This document shows, piece by piece, positions 63,306 to 64,000 of a DNA stretch of 64,000 nt. Origin of the DNA: Podarcis tiliguerta (taxonomy: Eukaryota). Location: the NCBI GenBank assembly GCA_965153285.1, contig OZ229111.1, one strand, 5' to 3'. The number at the start of each line of letters is the position of its first letter. Within the stretch, counting starts at the first letter, position 1. A program made the translations under genes and the position numbers. The notes under the pieces are model-generated. The model worked only from the letters and a program-made list of their open reading frames with translations. It was not told the origin of the DNA and made no database searches.

Positions 63306-63672
63306 CAGTGGTGCCTCGCAAGACGAAAAGAATCCGTTCCGCGAGTCTTTTCGTCTTGCGGTTTTTTCGTCTTGCGAAGCAAGCCCATTAGTGGATTAGC
63401 GCTATTAGCACTATTGACAGTTTAAGGGCTATTAACGCCTATTAAAGGCTTAAGGGATTAGCGGTTTTGCTGCTAAAATGCTATTAGCAGCTTAGCGCTT
63501 CAGAAAAAGGGGTTTTGGAGCGGAAAAAAACCTCAAAAATTTTCGTCAATTTTCGTCTTGCGAAGCAAGCCCATAGGGAAATTCGTCTTGCGAAGCGCCT
63601 CTGCAAACGGAAAACCCTTTTGTCTTGCGGGTTTTCCGTCTTGCGAGGCATTCGTCTTGCGGGGCACCACTG
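63306..63672. mobile_element. TcMar-Tigger-like MITE
   Basis: 22-bp terminal inverted repeats CAGTGGTGCC(T/C)CGCAAGACGAA; TA on both sides; many internal TTCGTCTTGCG motifs. Confidence 0.9.
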
Positions 63673-63765
63673 TAGTTACAGAAACATGCACAGTGGTGAA
63701 TGTTTCACCCATGTAATATGAATTGTGTGGGTTATTAAATAATTATATCTGCAATTCTGTCTTAG

Positions 63766-63825
63766 ATCAAAAAGAGCCAAAAATGGAATTGCAAAGTATG
63801 TGATGAAAAGCAGTCAATTCTAAAG
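63766..63825 (+). CDS. MRNIP: MRNIP coding exon 2
   Basis: IKKSQKWNCKVCDEKQSILK (human recalled as VKKSVKWTCKACGEKQSFLQ); cttag acceptor, gtgagt donor, phase 0/0. Confidence 0.9.
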
Positions 63826-64000
63826 GTGAGTACCCACTGTTCCTTTATTTAAGTCCTGCTATCAATGAACTGGCTTTTTAGTAGGTAGATTCTTTTTCCT
63901 CAGATTTTCAAACTGCAATCCTACACATACTTAACTGGGAACAAGTCTCATTGGATTCAGTGGGGCTTACTGCTGCGTGGACCTGAATAGGATTTTGCTG

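Overview
This is vertebrate genomic DNA, most likely from a lacertid lizard (inferred from Sauria-type SINEs and squamate-style MITEs). It carries three spliced genes, all on the + strand and in the order I recall for human 5q35.3. (1) The 3' half of RNF130, a PA-TM-RING E3 ligase: six coding exons at 2387-10365, plus a phase-compatible distal alternative last exon at 14904-15013 that removes the C-terminal hydrophobic helix. (2) The complete TBC1D9B gene (GRAM-GRAM-TBC-EF-hand Rab GAP): 22 coding exons at 28033-58473, 3768 nt, 1255 aa, all GT-AG introns with consistent phases, and a CpG-island promoter. (3) The first two coding exons of MRNIP (61545-63825), whose CpG-island promoter has paired E2F sites. 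Introns and intergenic DNA hold TcMar and hAT MITEs (several with intact target-site duplications), Sauria SINEs, tRNA-head/CR1-tail SINEs, L2 and CR1 fragments, and microsatellites. I found no convincing new multi-gene system. The most notable items are the alternative RNF130 C-terminus, a 99-bp self-complementary tandem array inside a young transposon, a 51-nt TBC1D9B cassette exon with microexon-type splicing signals, and two SINEs with different tRNA heads on the same tail. Gene identities come from recalled protein sequences, not a database search, and exon numbers follow the human genes.
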